A stretch of DNA of 64,000 nt from Sminthopsis crassicaudata (taxonomy: Eukaryota). A model generated the notes under the pieces. It saw nothing but the letters and a program-made list of their open reading frames with translations. It was not told the DNA's origin and ran no database searches. A program made the position numbers and the translations under genes. The stretch lies in contig NC_133622.1 in the NCBI RefSeq assembly GCF_048593235.1, forward strand, positions 177,754,001 to 177,818,000. The letters are read 5' to 3'. Shown piece after piece: positions 1-13,725 of the stretch (position 1 is its first letter; every line of letters starts with the position of its first letter).

Positions 1-56
1 ATGAAGCCCATACTTTGTGGTAGGGACACATGTTCCTTTCTTTTCCATTGGAAAGC

Positions 57-1310
57 AAGTTCCTTGATACTCTGTGATCTAGCAATACCACTACTGGGTC
101 TGTATCCCAAAGAGATCATAAAAGGACCCATATGCCCAAAAATATTTGTAACAGCCTTTTTTTGGCATCAAGGAATTGGAAATTGAGGGCATCAATTTGG
201 AAATGGTGGAACAAAATAGTGGCATATCAATGTAATGGAATACTATTGTTCTAGAAGAAATGTTCTAAAATACTATTGTTCTAGAGCAGCTTTTTATGGT
301 GGCAAGGATTTGGAAAATGAGTAGATGCCCATCAACTGGGGAATGACTGAATACGTTATGGTATATGAAAGTAATAGAATATTATTGTTCCATAAAAATG
401 ATGAACAAGCTGATTTTATAAAGGCATAGAAATATTTACATGAAGTAATGCTGAGTAAAATAAGAAAAACCAAGAAAACGTTGCATACAGTAACAGCAGA
501 ATTGTGCAATGATCAACTGGTTCTTCTCAGTGGTTCAGTGACCCAAGGCAATCCCAATAAATTTGAGATAGAAAACACCATCCTTATCCAGGGAGAGAAC
601 TATGAAGACTGAATGTACACATACTATTTTCACTTTTTTTTTTTCCCTCTTGATTTTTCCCTTTTGTTCTAATTTTTCTCTTCTAATGATACTGATATGT
701 GGAAATGTTTAAAAATGAATGGATATATATATATATATATGTATAAAATGAAAAATTATTTTTATATATAACTGGAGAAAATAAAAATAATAATTAAAAA
801 AATAAAAATTTTTGAACTAAAAAAAAAAATGATGTGCAGGCATATTCCAGAAAAACTTGGAAAGACTTGTATAAACTGATTCTGAGTAAAGTGAGCAGAA
901 CCAGGGCAAGATTGTATATAATAATAGCAACACTGTACAATTATCAACTGTTATAGAAATGTGGTGATCCAAGACAATTCTAATAGATATGGGTTGGAAA
1001 ATGCTTTCTGAATCCAGAGAAAGAACTATGAAGACTGAATGCAGATTAAACCATACTATTTTCACTTTTTAATTTTTTTCTTATGATTTTACCCTTTTGC
1101 TCTGATTTCTTTCACAATATGACTAAAATGGAAATATGTCTAGCATGATTGTACATATGTAATCTATATTAGATTGTTTATTGTCTTGGGAAGGGACAAG
1201 AGAAGGAAGCTAAAGAAAAAAACTGGAATTCAAAATCATAAAAAAAAATGAATGTTGAAAACTATTTTTACATGTAGAGAAAAAATACTATTAAGTTGTT
1301 TTTTTTTAAG
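57..1310 (+). mobile_element. Stack of three L1 ORF2-end/3'UTR fragments
   Basis: Repeated L1 motifs (gatctagcaataccactactgggtctgtatcccaaagagatc; gcccatcaactggggaatg; agaactatgaagactgaatg twice). Confidence 0.8.
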
Positions 1311-1733
1311 GAAACCAAGTTGCTTGAGAGTAAGAACTGATTCATTCTTTGTCCCTGTATCACTAGTACCCAACATAATATCTGACACATAATATTTCAT
1401 AAATGGCTGCTGATTGGTTTCATATTTTAATCACTTGCTTCATTCCTATGGTGTTTTGTTCAAATGAGAGGATTTCTTAATATGCTCTGGAAGAATCTGA
1501 TTCCCTTTATCACATATAAAAGGGATTTAATTCTTTTGGCTATTTCAAAGGCAAATAGTCTTCAAGGATTCTAGCTATCTGACCATCCCCTCAGAGCTAA
1601 ACACAATCCTTAGGCCTCTCTAAATAAAGTGACACTGGCACATGAGAATGACAAACACAAGAAGAATAATTTTGGTTTTGATCAAAATGAAAAAGGACTT
1701 TCTTTCAAGGGTGCTTTTAAAGATCTGTCATGA

Positions 1734-1892
1734 GGGCAGCTAGGTAGTGCAGTGAATAGAGCACCAGTCCTGAAGAAGGGGGAAACCTGAGTTCAAATCT
1801 GATTTCAGACACTTAACACTTCTTAGCTGTATGACTCTGGGCAGGTTGCTTAACCCAATCAACTCAGCCAAAAAAAAAAAAAAAAAAAAAAA
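1734..1892 (+). mobile_element. WSINE1-type tRNA/CORE SINE with poly(A) tail and TSD
   Basis: gggcagctaggtagtgcagtgaatagagcacc head and A-tail; TSD atctgtcatgag at 1723-1734 and 1893-1904. Confidence 0.9.
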
Positions 1893-3429
1893 ATCTGTCA
1901 TGAGCACAAGGCTATAGTAATATTGTCTAATTGTGATCCCCAAACCCTCATTAAGTTTGAGGCCATTTGGATAGGGAGGATTGCAAACACAGCAACCCAG
2001 TAGAGCCCAACTCCATGAACAGGTCACCCTTTACTTCTATGCTATGTGAACTGAGAGTTGTGCCTACATTCCCTTGAGACTCAGATACAAATAAACATTT
2101 CGATTTTATGCGATGAAAACATTTGTATGGGCGGCACTGTGCTCCAAGTTAATGATTATGACATGTTGTTTACAGATGCTCTCCCCAGGAGCTGGAAGTG
2201 GTATGATGGAGTTCTCTTCATTTCCTCCCCAGCGTATAAAGAAAAACAGCTAATAGAAACATGTCGCTCAGCACATGCCGATGCTGTCTTAATCTTCTTC
2301 AAATGACTACAGGCTAGCTTATCTGCAGAGCTTTCTGACCCTAACTCTGAAGTCCCAGGTGGCTTGTTGGGCAAAGCTAAATAAAAGAAGGCAAGAAAAG
2401 GAGCTTAGGACAGGTGGCAGGCTAGTTGATTCAAGAAGGAACCATTTCATCATTTTTGTTTATTTCTGGAATCTTGATAAGCATCAAAGAAATGGGTTTG
2501 TCCTCATCCACGGGTCATGCATCAACTTCCAAATTCTCACCCACTGTGATCTAAAACATCTTTCAAAGGAATGGTGACTCCTAGCTCTCTGTGTTGGGGA
2601 CTATTCCCTCATTAGACCAGGAGACCCATTGTGTTGCATGGGACTCCACATATACACACAGTGAAGGTCCTTAATGACTGGTGGTATTTTGGGCATGGTC
2701 CCTAGCTAAATTAGGCCATTTTGGATAAACACTCCCCGTAAAATGGTCTGGACTCTCACTTTCTAATGAAATCACTTTGTACTACTTTAGATATAACTAG
2801 ACTTTGATACTGCACATAATGAATTGTGTGAAGTGGTTGCAAAATTCCCTCTGCATATTTCCACTGGGATAAAAACAATTCTCACATTTTGCAAATATAC
2901 AACTCCAAGCAATATAAGTTCAAATATAACTGACCATGCACTAATAAGGATATTGCTGTGCTTTGTTTTTACCTGTCTATATGTTGTTTTCTGATATTAG
3001 AATGGAAGTCCTTGAAGGACAGGAACTGTTGTTGTTTTGTTGGGGTTTTTTCTTTGTAGACACTATACAGCACTTACCATCTGATAAAGATGTTGCCATG
3101 CTACAGCCTCTCTAACTGACCCTAGGAACAGAGAATACATTAACTCCATCAGAGATTTTAAGCTGGAAAAGGCCTCAGAGATGTCACCTAGCCTGGTCTC
3201 AATTTACCCGGATCTTTTTTCTTGCTAGTAAGGCTGCAGTCTTATGTTTTGGGGTGATGGGGAATTGGAGAGGTTAGGACTTAGTTCATAGACTAATATC
3301 AGCATGAAGATATTCTCAATGTAGAAACTCTCTCCACCAAGACAGAATTATAACTCCTTCCCTCCCTTACTTAATTCCAAAATTATAGGATTTATGAGTT
3401 CAAGAAACATCAGTGGTCACCTTGGCCAA

Positions 3430-3800
3430 CCCAAAACATGGCCATATGAGATGGAGCATTGCTTGTGAAGAAAAGCAAAGTCATTGGACTGAAGAGTATG
3501 TGCAGGGGATAACTTGAAAGGCAGATCTTAGCTCAATTGTAAAGGGCTTTAAAAAAAAGTCAGAATTTTGTATTGGATCCTGGAGACAATAGGGGGGCCC
3601 TGGAGTTTACTGAGTAGGAGCATGACAAAAGTCCCTTTGGTATTATCTATGGAAGATGGACTGGAGTAGGAAGGACTATAGTAGGAGAGTGGGGTAGAGC
3701 ACAATTAAGAGACTAGGATAAATATATAAATAAGATATAAGGACCAGAAGTAATATGATTGTAGTATGACCAGAGATAAGGTGACACACGACAAAAATCA
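3430..3800 (-). mobile_element. L2 LINE fragment
   Basis: gatcctggagacaatagggggccctggagtttactgagtagg resembles the L2 antisense consensus. Confidence 0.6.
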
Positions 3801-3879
3801 TAGAAGCAGATCATTCCTGACTGGAGTTTGGTTTCTCATGCATCTACCTAATTGAGAAGGAATCTCATAAGAAAACACA

Positions 3880-4030
3880 ATCATAGCTTTAGAATTGGAA
3901 GGGATCTCAGGGGTCGTCTAACCCTCCCACTTTGCAAATGAGTTAACTGAGAACCAAAGGAGATAAGTGACCTAGTTAAGGTCACATTGACGGGATTTGA
4001 ACCTTGATCCTCAGAAACAGTATTCCTTCC
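3880..4030 (-). mobile_element. MIR SINE
   Basis: tagaattggaagggatctcag...actgagaaccaaaggagataagtgacc core. Confidence 0.65.
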
Positions 4031-4530
4031 ACTATGTCGAATTGTCTCCAACTTGATATCATTATGTATAGCTAATCATTTTATGCCAAGAAATGGTTTG
4101 ACTATTCTATCCAATAGCAATTCATCTCAGTCAAATTCTTAGGAAGATTTCTTTGGTTTGATTAATTGAGATATTATTTGGATATCCCATGGCCACAGAA
4201 AAGACAATATAGCTATTGAGGAAATATGTGCTACAAAAGGAAGATGAGGGACCATGTGGCAAGTGAGGCATGACAGGCAGAGAACCAGATAATCAAATTG
4301 AAAACCTAGGTTTACAGATGAGAAAACTATGACCACATAATTATTATCTTATGTGCGATTTGAATATAGGGTTTTTCCCCCCACTCTCTTTTTTTCATTA
4401 AAGCTTTTTTATTTTCAAAACATAAACATGGATAATTTTTTCAACATTAACCCTTGCAAAACTTTGTATTCCCTAGATGGCAAGTAATCCAATATATATT
4501 AAACATTGTAAAAATGTATATGTTAAATTG

Positions 4531-4653
4531 GGGGCAGCTAGTTGGTATAATGGATAGAGCACCAACCCTGAAGTCAGGAGAACCTGAGTTCAAATCCAGC
4601 CGCAGATACTTAACACTTCCTGGCTGTGTAACCCTGGGAAAGTCACTTGGCCC
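4531..4653 (+). mobile_element. WSINE1-type SINE nested in L1 (3' end in gap)
   Basis: ggggcagctagttggtataatggatagagcaccaaccctgaagtcaggagaacctgagttcaaatcc. Confidence 0.85.
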
Positions 4654-4856
4654 NNNNNNNNNNNNNNNNNNNNNNNNNNNNNNNNNNNNNNNNNNNNNNN
4701 NNNNNNNNNNNNNNNNNNNNNNNNNNNNNNNNNNNNNNNNNNNNNNNNNNNNNNNNNNNNNNNNNNNNNNNNNNNNNNNNNNNNNNNNNNNNNNNNNNNN
4801 NNNNNNNNNNNNNNNNNNNNNNNNNNNNNNNNNNNNNNNNNNNNNNNNNNNNNNNN
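4654..4856. other. Assembly gap (N)
   Basis: N run. Confidence 1.
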
Positions 4857-7258
4857 CATATATATTTATACAATTATCTTGCTGCACAAGAAAAATCAAA
4901 TCAAAAAGGGAAAAAATGAGAAAAAAATAAAATGTAAGCAAATAACAAAAGAGTAAAAATGCTATGTTGTGATCTACCCAGAGTCCTCAGTTCCCATAGT
5001 CCTTTCTCATCTGTAGATGGCTCTCTTCATCACAGATTATTGGAACTGGACTGAAAGATCTTATTGTTGAAAAGAGCCACATCCACCCGAATTGATCATC
5101 ATATAATTTTGTTGTTGCCATGTACAATGAGTCTCTCCAGGCCTCTCTGAAATCATCCTGCTGATTGTTTCTTATAGAACAATAGTATTCCATAACATGA
5201 ATATAGGTTTTGCTGACACCAAATCTAGCACTATATCTACTGTCCTCTGCTTCCCCTCCAAAATGATGAACAGTATAAGGAAACCTCAGAATTAAGTGAC
5301 TTGCCTAAGACCTCATGGGAAATAAGCTGCTGAGTCAGGATCAGAGGCAACAGCTGTGGGCAGCTTTCTTACAGGAGGTCTTTGAGACCATCTGCTAATC
5401 CAAGCACATGGCTTATGTGCTCATACGGAAGAAAGGTGAACAATTCCCCAGTAAAAAAGAGGAAAAACCCACCATAAGCAAAGTGAAACTTAGGAAGCAA
5501 CAGATCCAATGAACATACAGTATGCCATGGGTATTAGCCACAATGGTCAGAAAATAGAGAATATCATTTCTAACAAGCACAACACAAAGGGAGATTTCCA
5601 TTGACCCCCAGGGAGTGTACTAGGCCTGTGTTTGCACTAGTGTCAAGTTACAGCTGTGTAGGCAGAAAGTGTCTCCTTATGAGGGAAGGGAAAAGAAATG
5701 CAGGACTGACTCTCTACTTTTGAGGTTAACAGAGAGAATAGAATGCTACTTTCAATTTTAAAAAGGAAAATGATTTGAGTTAAAATAAAGAAAAAACAAT
5801 CTGAAGAGGCAAAGAGAAACCTTAACCTAATAGCAGTTAGATAGCCCAGTGAATAGAATACCAACCTTTCAGTCAGAAGGATCTAAGTTCAAATTTGGCC
5901 TCCTACACTTAACATTTAGTATTTATGTGACTGGGCAAATCACTTAACTAATTGTCTTGTTAAAAAAGATTCAGTGGAACAGCCCTCTTCTATACAAGGT
6001 CTTTTTTGATCCTCACATTTTCTAGTATCCTTACTCCTTTAATTATAGTGTATTTGTTTTATATATCTTCTGCACACACAAAAACACACTCGGCACAGTA
6101 GGTATTTAATAAATGCATTTTGATTAATTGATAGAGGAGATTTTCCATTGAGGATAGAACTACATGCCTGGGGAACCTTAGTTTGTTGTGCTTAAGTATT
6201 TAAGTTGAAAGGCAGAGATAAGATGGAGAGGTAGTAAAACATACAATAGGCTTCCTTTCACAAAATTCCTCCAAATAGATTGAGAAGGGGGGAATGCAGT
6301 AGTGTAGGAAATGACAAACTGGTTGGTTTAGAAAAACATGGACTCATACTTTAGAACAAAACATATTCACATCTATATATACATTTACATATACACATAT
6401 GTATATAATTCATAACATATACTTTAGATACATATGCAAACACATGTAGAACATGACTAATGTGGACCTTTGTTTTTGTTTGATTGTTTTTTAATTTTTT
6501 TTATCTTTAATTTGTGGAATAAAACAAGCATTTCCATAACATATCTTTAATAAAGTAGATTATATCCCATGAAACTACAAATCTATTATATATAATTTGC
6601 TCTTCCTTTTCATTATGTTATAAGTTTCTTCTTTTTTTTTTTTTTTACTACTTTTAATAGGTTTTGTTTTACTTGTTTTTTCAAAGGGGGGAAGGGGAAG
6701 CATGATAAAGAGAATTTTCATTGATTAAGAAACAAAATAAATATTTTCAAAAGCATTTAACAAGTACACACCATATGTCAGGTACTGTGCTAAGGAAGCA
6801 TCATGAGAAGAATACAAAATAATTGCCATGAGAGGGGCAGTCCAGTCCTATACAGAAGAGATGCTGGTGACCCCTCTGCTGAAGAGTGACTAGGAATCCA
6901 ACTGCAAGAGTTATTAATGGACCAACAATCATTGTAGAATTGGGGGGGGGGGCATACAGAAATTCGAAATCCTTGGCTTTCCTTAAAGTGTCTCTATAAG
7001 AAGCAACATGCTAAGCCCATCATGTAACAGGTCAAAAAGGCTTGGGAGAGCGGGAAGCCAATAATCTTCATTTCTGCTTCCTAAAGGATTTCTAGTTGTC
7101 TTTTTGTGTGGATTTGGGGTTTTGAATGATTTTACTTTCTCAGTCCCCTTAAAATGAAATATGGTAGTTTTTTAGCCAATAAGGACCCCACTTTTTTCCT
7201 ACATCAATTAAAAATGCAATTTCATTGCATTAGTAAGTCACAGGTAAGCACACATGCC

Positions 7259-7286
7259 TGTATGCACATGTGCACGCGCACACACG

Positions 7287-7333
<47 letters not shown>

Positions 7334-7334
7334 A
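7259..7334. repeat. Alternating purine-pyrimidine microsatellite (TG/CG/CA) with (CG)5 core
   Basis: Read directly; 76 nt of uninterrupted alternation. Confidence 0.9.
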
Positions 7335-7714
7335 AGGTTATATGGAGCATCTCCAAAGGATGCGAATAAGAGATAAATAGGGCCCTGAAATATATTTCTC
7401 CTGGTGTCTTTTTCTTAAGTAAAATAAAGGAAGGGTAAAATACATTTTTATAAGGCAGGAACTGCTGTATATAATGTGTATGGTGACCAAGTGATTTCAG
7501 CTCTCTAAAAAGCTCATTTATGGTTCCTTTGGGCCCTGTAAAGGAGCTTCGATTATAAGTGACAAGGTTTCTCTTCCATCCTCTCCAACCATGAACAAAG
7601 AGCCTTTAGCTGCAGGGTCATTTCATTCAAGTGTCAGACAACCAGAGGCAGATAGGCCCCTCGATTAGGAAACAAGACCCCTACAAGGCACTGTAGGATT
7701 CCTTGGAGTACACT

Positions 7715-8750
7715 AATTAGTCTCCCTGTTTCTGTCTCTCTCGTGTCCAATTCATCCTCTCTGCAGCTGCCAATTAGGATGCCTAAAGCAGAAAAGTCTA
7801 ACCATGTCACTCCTTTGCTCAAGAAGCCTCAGTGGATCCCTGTTGCTTCTGGGATCAATCACAAATTCCTCCATTTGGCCTTCAAAGCTCTTCACCATCT
7901 GGCTCTAAGCTATCTTTCCAGACTTGTTTCACACTATTTATTCCTTCTCACGTACTCTCTGTCCCTGCCAAATTAACTTATTTGCCATTCCCTGTGTAGG
8001 ATGCTCCATTTTCTGCCTATCTACCTTTGTTCAGGTTGGCCCTCGCACCAATGGTCTCCTTTCTGAAATCCCTAACTCAATTGCAACTTGAGCTCAAGTA
8101 ACATTGCTCACATAATACCTTTCCCTATCTTCCCATTTATTAGTGTTCTCCCATCTTCACCATGACTAGAAAATTAATATCAGTTATACTTATATGTTCT
8201 ATATCAGCAGTTCTCAAGATAAAGGCCCAAATCAGGTAGATTCTTTCAGGGTCCTGCAAGAGTAAAGCTATTTACAATACTAATACCCAATTTCTAATAT
8301 CAATAAGTATAACCCATATAGACAAAAACTCATGGTGAGGAAGAGACAGAAGAGAAGAGAATAAATAAAAGTATAAAGGAGTCTTGAAAACAAAGTTTTA
8401 GGAAGGATTTGTATATCTATATCTACCTAGCTTCATGCATGTATATATGTATATATGCATGGATGGATGGATGCATTCATGTGTGGGGATATATATGTAT
8501 TAATTTATTTTGTTTTCAATTCATAGAACAAAACAAGCATTTCTACAAAACAGTGCAATTAAAAAAAAAAAAAAAAGATTGTGATTTATCAGTGTATATT
8601 CCCTTTCTCCCTCCAGTTCCCAATCCTATAGAATGTGAGCTTGTCTGAAGGAAGGGATTATTTTATTTTCTACTTAATATCTGAAGCAATTAGTAGACTT
8701 TTTAGCCCACAGTAGACTCTAATTAAATGATGAATGAATTGAAACAAAGT
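7715..8750 (+). mobile_element. L2 LINE 3' region (interrupted ~8200-8620)
   Basis: ctaaccatgtcactcctttgctcaagaagcctcagtggatccctgttgc...ttcaaagctcttcacc, with the L2 tail at ~8620-8750. Confidence 0.75.
8204..8340 (+). mobile_element. hAT-Charlie (MER33/MER58-like) MITE fragment
   Basis: cagcagttctcaag terminus and atttctaatatcaataagtataacccatatagacaaaaactc. Confidence 0.45.
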
Positions 8751-9599
8751 CAGTGGGAATCAACAGACTGAACACTCCTCTGTTGCTCTTTCTTGGACCC
8801 AAGATAGGTATAGATCATTGTGAGCTAGTGGAAACCTCTGAGTTTCCTTTTTGAAAAAGAGCCTCTCTGACTCCCAGTCATCTCTTAAGTGATTCAAGCT
8901 GGTGACATGCTGCTCTTGCAGTCCCAAGAATGGGACCCAGCCATGGCCAGAACTAGAGCCAGCTCTGATAACTGCTTTCCTAAACAACCCAGCTGCTTTG
9001 GTGAGTGTTCTGTGCCTCGTCACAGAGCAAACAATGAATCCATTTGGAAGACATGAAGCAAATCCAGACAAACAAAGCTCACCCCCCCACACTCCCACCC
9101 CCCAACTCTCTTTGATCCACTCCTTGGGAGACTATCCCAGCCAAAAGCAATTTAGCTCATGATTTGGGTTGGAAAGCTAATGGAAGCTTGGAATCAGCTT
9201 TAATCTGCTCTAAACTGAGACTCATTGAAACCCATGGGAGAATGGTGGTGGAGTGATTTAGTCGGCAAGCTTTCCAGGTTGCTAAATGCTTTGCTTTAGG
9301 GGTTGACACACTAGACTATTTTAAAGGCACAAGTTGTATTTCCTTCTTCAGCTTAATGTTCCCGAATGCACTGAGGGCTGCCTCTACAAGACTAATAAAG
9401 GTTTATCTTTTTGTTCACAAAGAATGATTTGCACAGTTCTCCATTATGAACCAAATAATGATCTTGATGTAAGTGGGGGAGGTGGGGGGGAAGCACAGCA
9501 CTGGCTGGGGTCTCAGGAGAACTGATTTCTGTCACTTACTACCTATGTGACCTTAGGTCAATCATGCCTCTCACCTTCAGTTCATGCTTCTGTATAAAA

Positions 9600-9790
9600 A
9601 GGGAATTGGACTAAATCACACCTTTTTAAACTTTTTCCACAAGAAATTTTTATATGACCCCAAGTATATAAATATATAAAATAGGCATACAAATCAAACA
9701 TTTACTGATAATAAATCATAATTTTGTGATCCCACAATCAGTTAAGAGATCCCATATGGAATCACAAACTGCAGTTTAAGAAGCTGGGGC
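9600..9790 (+). mobile_element. hAT-Charlie-type MITE nested in a MIR
   Basis: Degenerate TIRs (tttttaaactttt ... gtttaagaagctg); MIR sequence resumes on both sides. Confidence 0.5.
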
Positions 9791-10609
9791 AGCAGATAAC
9801 CTCTAAAATCAATTTTGATTTATCTGTTCTTACTCATAATTTGCATTGGTCTGATGAACCACAACTGAATATGTTGTGCCTCTATTCCAACACAGTCATG
9901 TCATTTTGGTCTTCTTCCAGAATGTAGGACAACAACCATTAACTCCTACCCTATTACTAAGGGGTAGCCACCAATGAGCTACTGAGATGTTTGGAAATCT
10001 GGCTTTTCCCCTCAAAGGACTTTGTTTATCTGGGAAATTCTTTGTCTTTTAAAGGGGACAACTCCAAAATGGTACAGAGAGTTCCAATCGTATCAACCAA
10101 GAAGCAATCTGGCTATGTTATGCACTCAAATGAACATCATTATCTAGTCACAAGATTCTTTCTTTACTCACTTGGTTATTCTTGTGTAGATGCCAAGTTG
10201 AACTTCTTTGAGTGGATGAAGATAAAGATCTCTTGTAGGAAGCTTTCCTATGCTCCAGAACCTAATGCAACCTACCCAATGTCAGTTGCAAGGAGTAACA
10301 ATTGGACAGGCTTATTATCTTCAATGTCTGTTTTATTACTAAAATGATACTGATGATGAGACAATGCTCAAATTCTCTATTTATATTAATAAATATTGTC
10401 AAGAATCTTGAATGATTTTGATATAGGAGTAGAAGACATCTTATTTATTGTAAAAGAGCCTTTGTGGTAGATTTTTGCTTTGTTGAATGAAATATTGCTT
10501 TTTTTCTCCTCTCAACAAAACATTTAAGTTTCTTTCCATTGCTGACTTTATATGAACCCAATGATGGATAATCATGAGTAGAAAAAGAAACAATAGAAAG
10601 TAAAGTCAG

Positions 10610-10855
10610 TTTGTTGTTGTTGAGCTATGTTCAATACTCTGTTTATGGGGTTTCAGGAGTGACAGGCCATTTTCTTCTCCAGATCACTTTATAGATCTGA
10701 GAACTGAGGCAAAACAGAACTGCAAAAAAGAACTGAGATAAACAGGTTAAGTGACTTTCCCAGGGTCACACAATTAACAGGTGATTGACATGAGATTTGA
10801 AGTCAGGAAGACCAGTCTTTCTGATTCCAACCTAATGCTCTAGCACCTCCCTACT
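10610..10855 (-). mobile_element. MAR1-type SINE
   Basis: (ttg)n tail, ccattttcttctccagatc, aacaggttaagtgactttcccagggtcacac. Confidence 0.75.
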
Positions 10856-10984
10856 ACAAAGCCAGGTTAGCGCTATCTTTTTTTATTGAAGCTTTTCATT
10901 TTTAAAACATATGTAAGGATAATTTTTTACCACTGACCCTTGCAAAATCTTGTGTTCCAATTTCTCCCCTTCCCTGTAGTTTAG

Positions 10985-11165
10985 AGCTATCTTGACAAGA
11001 CATCTAACTAAGTGAAGTCATACCAAAGGGAACTTAGGAATGAAAATGTGAAGACAAACAAAAGAAAAATCGAAAAGATTTGCAGAGACTTTTACAACAT
11101 ACTTCTTGAACTATCAAGAACAGTAAATTTGCCACTCTTGGACTCTAAAATCATAGTGCCATATG
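10985..11165 (+). mobile_element. RTE-clade LINE fragment
   Basis: Track ORF 11012..11233 contains KTNKRKIEKICRDFYNILL..SRTVNLPLLDS, resembling the RTE ORF linker (..MEKICxDFYNKLFSS..). Confidence 0.5.
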
Positions 11166-12044
11166 GACATACTTTTCAAAGTGGTTTTTGTCTGTTTGAA
11201 AGTAAAATGAAATTAAATTCCCAAAAAGAATAAGGGTAAATATGAACATACTTTCTCTACCTGAAGTCTACAGTGGGAGAAGAATGTTGGTCAAGTAAAT
11301 TTAGTAGAGAAAGCACATTTTGGGATGTTAGATTCATGATTAACCTCAAGAGGAACACAATTTCTTAAAGGGTACTCTAAGGACAAGCCCTTACTATAAT
11401 CTTACTGTATCAGTGCTGGACCAAAATGAATCTTTTCCCCAAGGCCAGATGATTAGAAATCATTATTCTAAAGTAAAATGTTAGCAAATGGTCTCTCCCA
11501 CTCCAGGGCTTTATCTATGATGAAATATTCTAACATGTGCCTGGTATTCCACATAATAACTCTCTTGTGCCAAACCTATTCAAATTTGGAACCAAAAACA
11601 AATAAAACATCATCAAAGACCAGGGGCTCCTAGACAGTGCCACACTGCAGCTCAAGTGTTCAGCAGCTTTGGGAATTTAAACAAATAACTCTCAAGAAGA
11701 CATTGCCTTTGGCATGCAAACCACCAAACTAGCTAATGCTTACAGGCTCACTTCAGAATAGGGATGGTGTCTTTTATTTATGATCAGAAAAGGGGGGAAA
11801 ACTCTACCCATGAATGTTTTATGAATGTCTAAAACCAATCAAACTTATTATTACAGAAAGAAATTAGTTTTCACTAATAAGACCAAAGGCTTGGTCTTGT
11901 TGCTGATAGCCAGAACACAAAGTGTGCTAGTCCCATTAACTAGTAACCTTTTAAGTCCCTCCCATGTCTGTTACTCATCAGTAGCATGAGTCCTGCTGAC
12001 TGGGCACTGTTAACGGTGCTTTTGTATCTTCAAACAAGGGGAAT

Positions 12045-12281
12045 GGAATAATGCACTATATACCAGGCACTATGCTAAAATATTATTTCACTTAATCCTG
12101 ATGAAAAGCCTGTGAGGCAAATTATCCTTATTTTATAATTGAGGAAATTGAGGCACTCACACAAGTCTATGAATGACTTGCCTAGGTCACATAGCAAGTA
12201 AATGTCTGAGATCACATTTGAACTCAGGGCTTCCTGAATCTAGATACAGAACTCTATCCACTGTACCGCCAGCTGCCCCTC
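12045..12281 (-). mobile_element. MIR/MAR-type SINE
   Basis: gaggaaattgaggc...gacttgcctaggtcac...tttgaactcagg...ctctatccactgtaccgccagctgcccc. Confidence 0.8.
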
Positions 12282-13722
12282 TAACAGGCAGGCATGAGAG
12301 CTCATATTCCTAGAGAGCCTTCAATATTTACAAAATACTATCCTCACGCCTTCTATGTGAGTCAGAAATGTAAGTATTGGATTATTAAGAGCAATGAGGC
12401 TCAGGAGTCAAAACTGAGGTCACAAAGCCATTAAGTATCAGGTCACACTTGAATGCAGGTCTTCAGAATCTGCGTTCAGCAGTGGGATTTCTAGTGCAAC
12501 ATTTTGCCTTTTTTTCCCCCTTCAATGCAATAGAGTCTTAATTTTTATGATATACTAAAAATCCTACGGGGAGAGGACATTATGGAGAAGAAAGTCACAT
12601 TTACCCTGTAAGCTTGCTTAAACAGTGTCTGATGAAAAGGAAGGTTAGGACTTTCTGGAGCCATCTTTGCTTCTCACCTCTACTTCCCTCCTCCTCCCCC
12701 CTCCATCTCCCCAAGCTTTAGCCTCCACTACTGTACTCTCTCAGATAACACACAGACTAGTCACTGAAGACCATTCATCGCAGGTTCAACTTCTTTAGGA
12801 TCTCAAAGCCAGTTAAGACTAAAGGACTAATTCATCCTTGCAATTTCAATAACCATCATTAGTGCCCGGACCCTGATTGCTTTCCTGTGCTCAGATAAAA
12901 GATATTCTATTAATCTTATTCCCCAACTCAAGCTCTATCAAGTGATTAAAGAGTCCATTGGGGTGAAGTAGGATGATTGTGTGCAATGACACAATTCAAG
13001 GCCTGCTTTTAAACCAGGCAGCGGATGAAAAAATGAACAGTAGCAGGATATTTATGACTTGCTATTATTTCCTTCCTTTCTCCCCATCATCACTACCCAG
13101 GATCTAGGAGAAGCCATTCCTATCTTAAGGCTGCATGAATAATTCAGCAAGCTCCACTGCATGGAAGAGTGGATCACCATGCTGCAGCTACATCTGCATC
13201 TGTTCTAAAAAGCAGCCCAGAATTCCAAGCAGGCAGTGGGGAGAGTACTGAAGATCAGGTCATCTTATAGGCACACTGCAGAAGGGAAACAAGTCCAGGG
13301 CAAGTGGGATTCAAGCACCCTGCCCAAATCACACAAAGCCCCTCAAATACTCACATCATTTTTATTCAGAGAAAGTAGAGAGCTGAAAGAGAAAGATGCA
13401 AAGACATCCACAATCCTAGGGACCAGGAATGAATTCTACAAGGACAAGCCCAGCCTGAAACATCACAAAAATGGCAGAACCTCATGACCTTGGCTGAGCA
13501 TTTGTGGAAAAGACTAGGAAGTGACTGCTGAGTTCCTAACACAGTGGTCCAAAGGAACTGGGGAAACATGAGTCAAATTGACTTTAGATTTCACTAAGGA
13601 GGGATGAAGAAAACAGAGTTTTGATCAGAGAAAGCCATTTAGGGTTATAATATTGGAGAACTATAGGCACCAATGTCCCATAGGCTCCCAAATTTCCAAG
13701 ACAGAAGTGATCTCCCAGTCAT

Positions 13723-13725
<3 letters not shown>

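Larger units (their letters stand above)
4395..5195 (-). mobile_element. L1 3'UTR (sense to NRG1), interrupted by a SINE and a gap
   Basis: ttaaagcttttttattttcaaaacata...cccttgcaaaac and aattatcttgctgcacaagaaaaatc...gaattgatcatcatataat match marsupial L1 3' ends. Confidence 0.75.
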
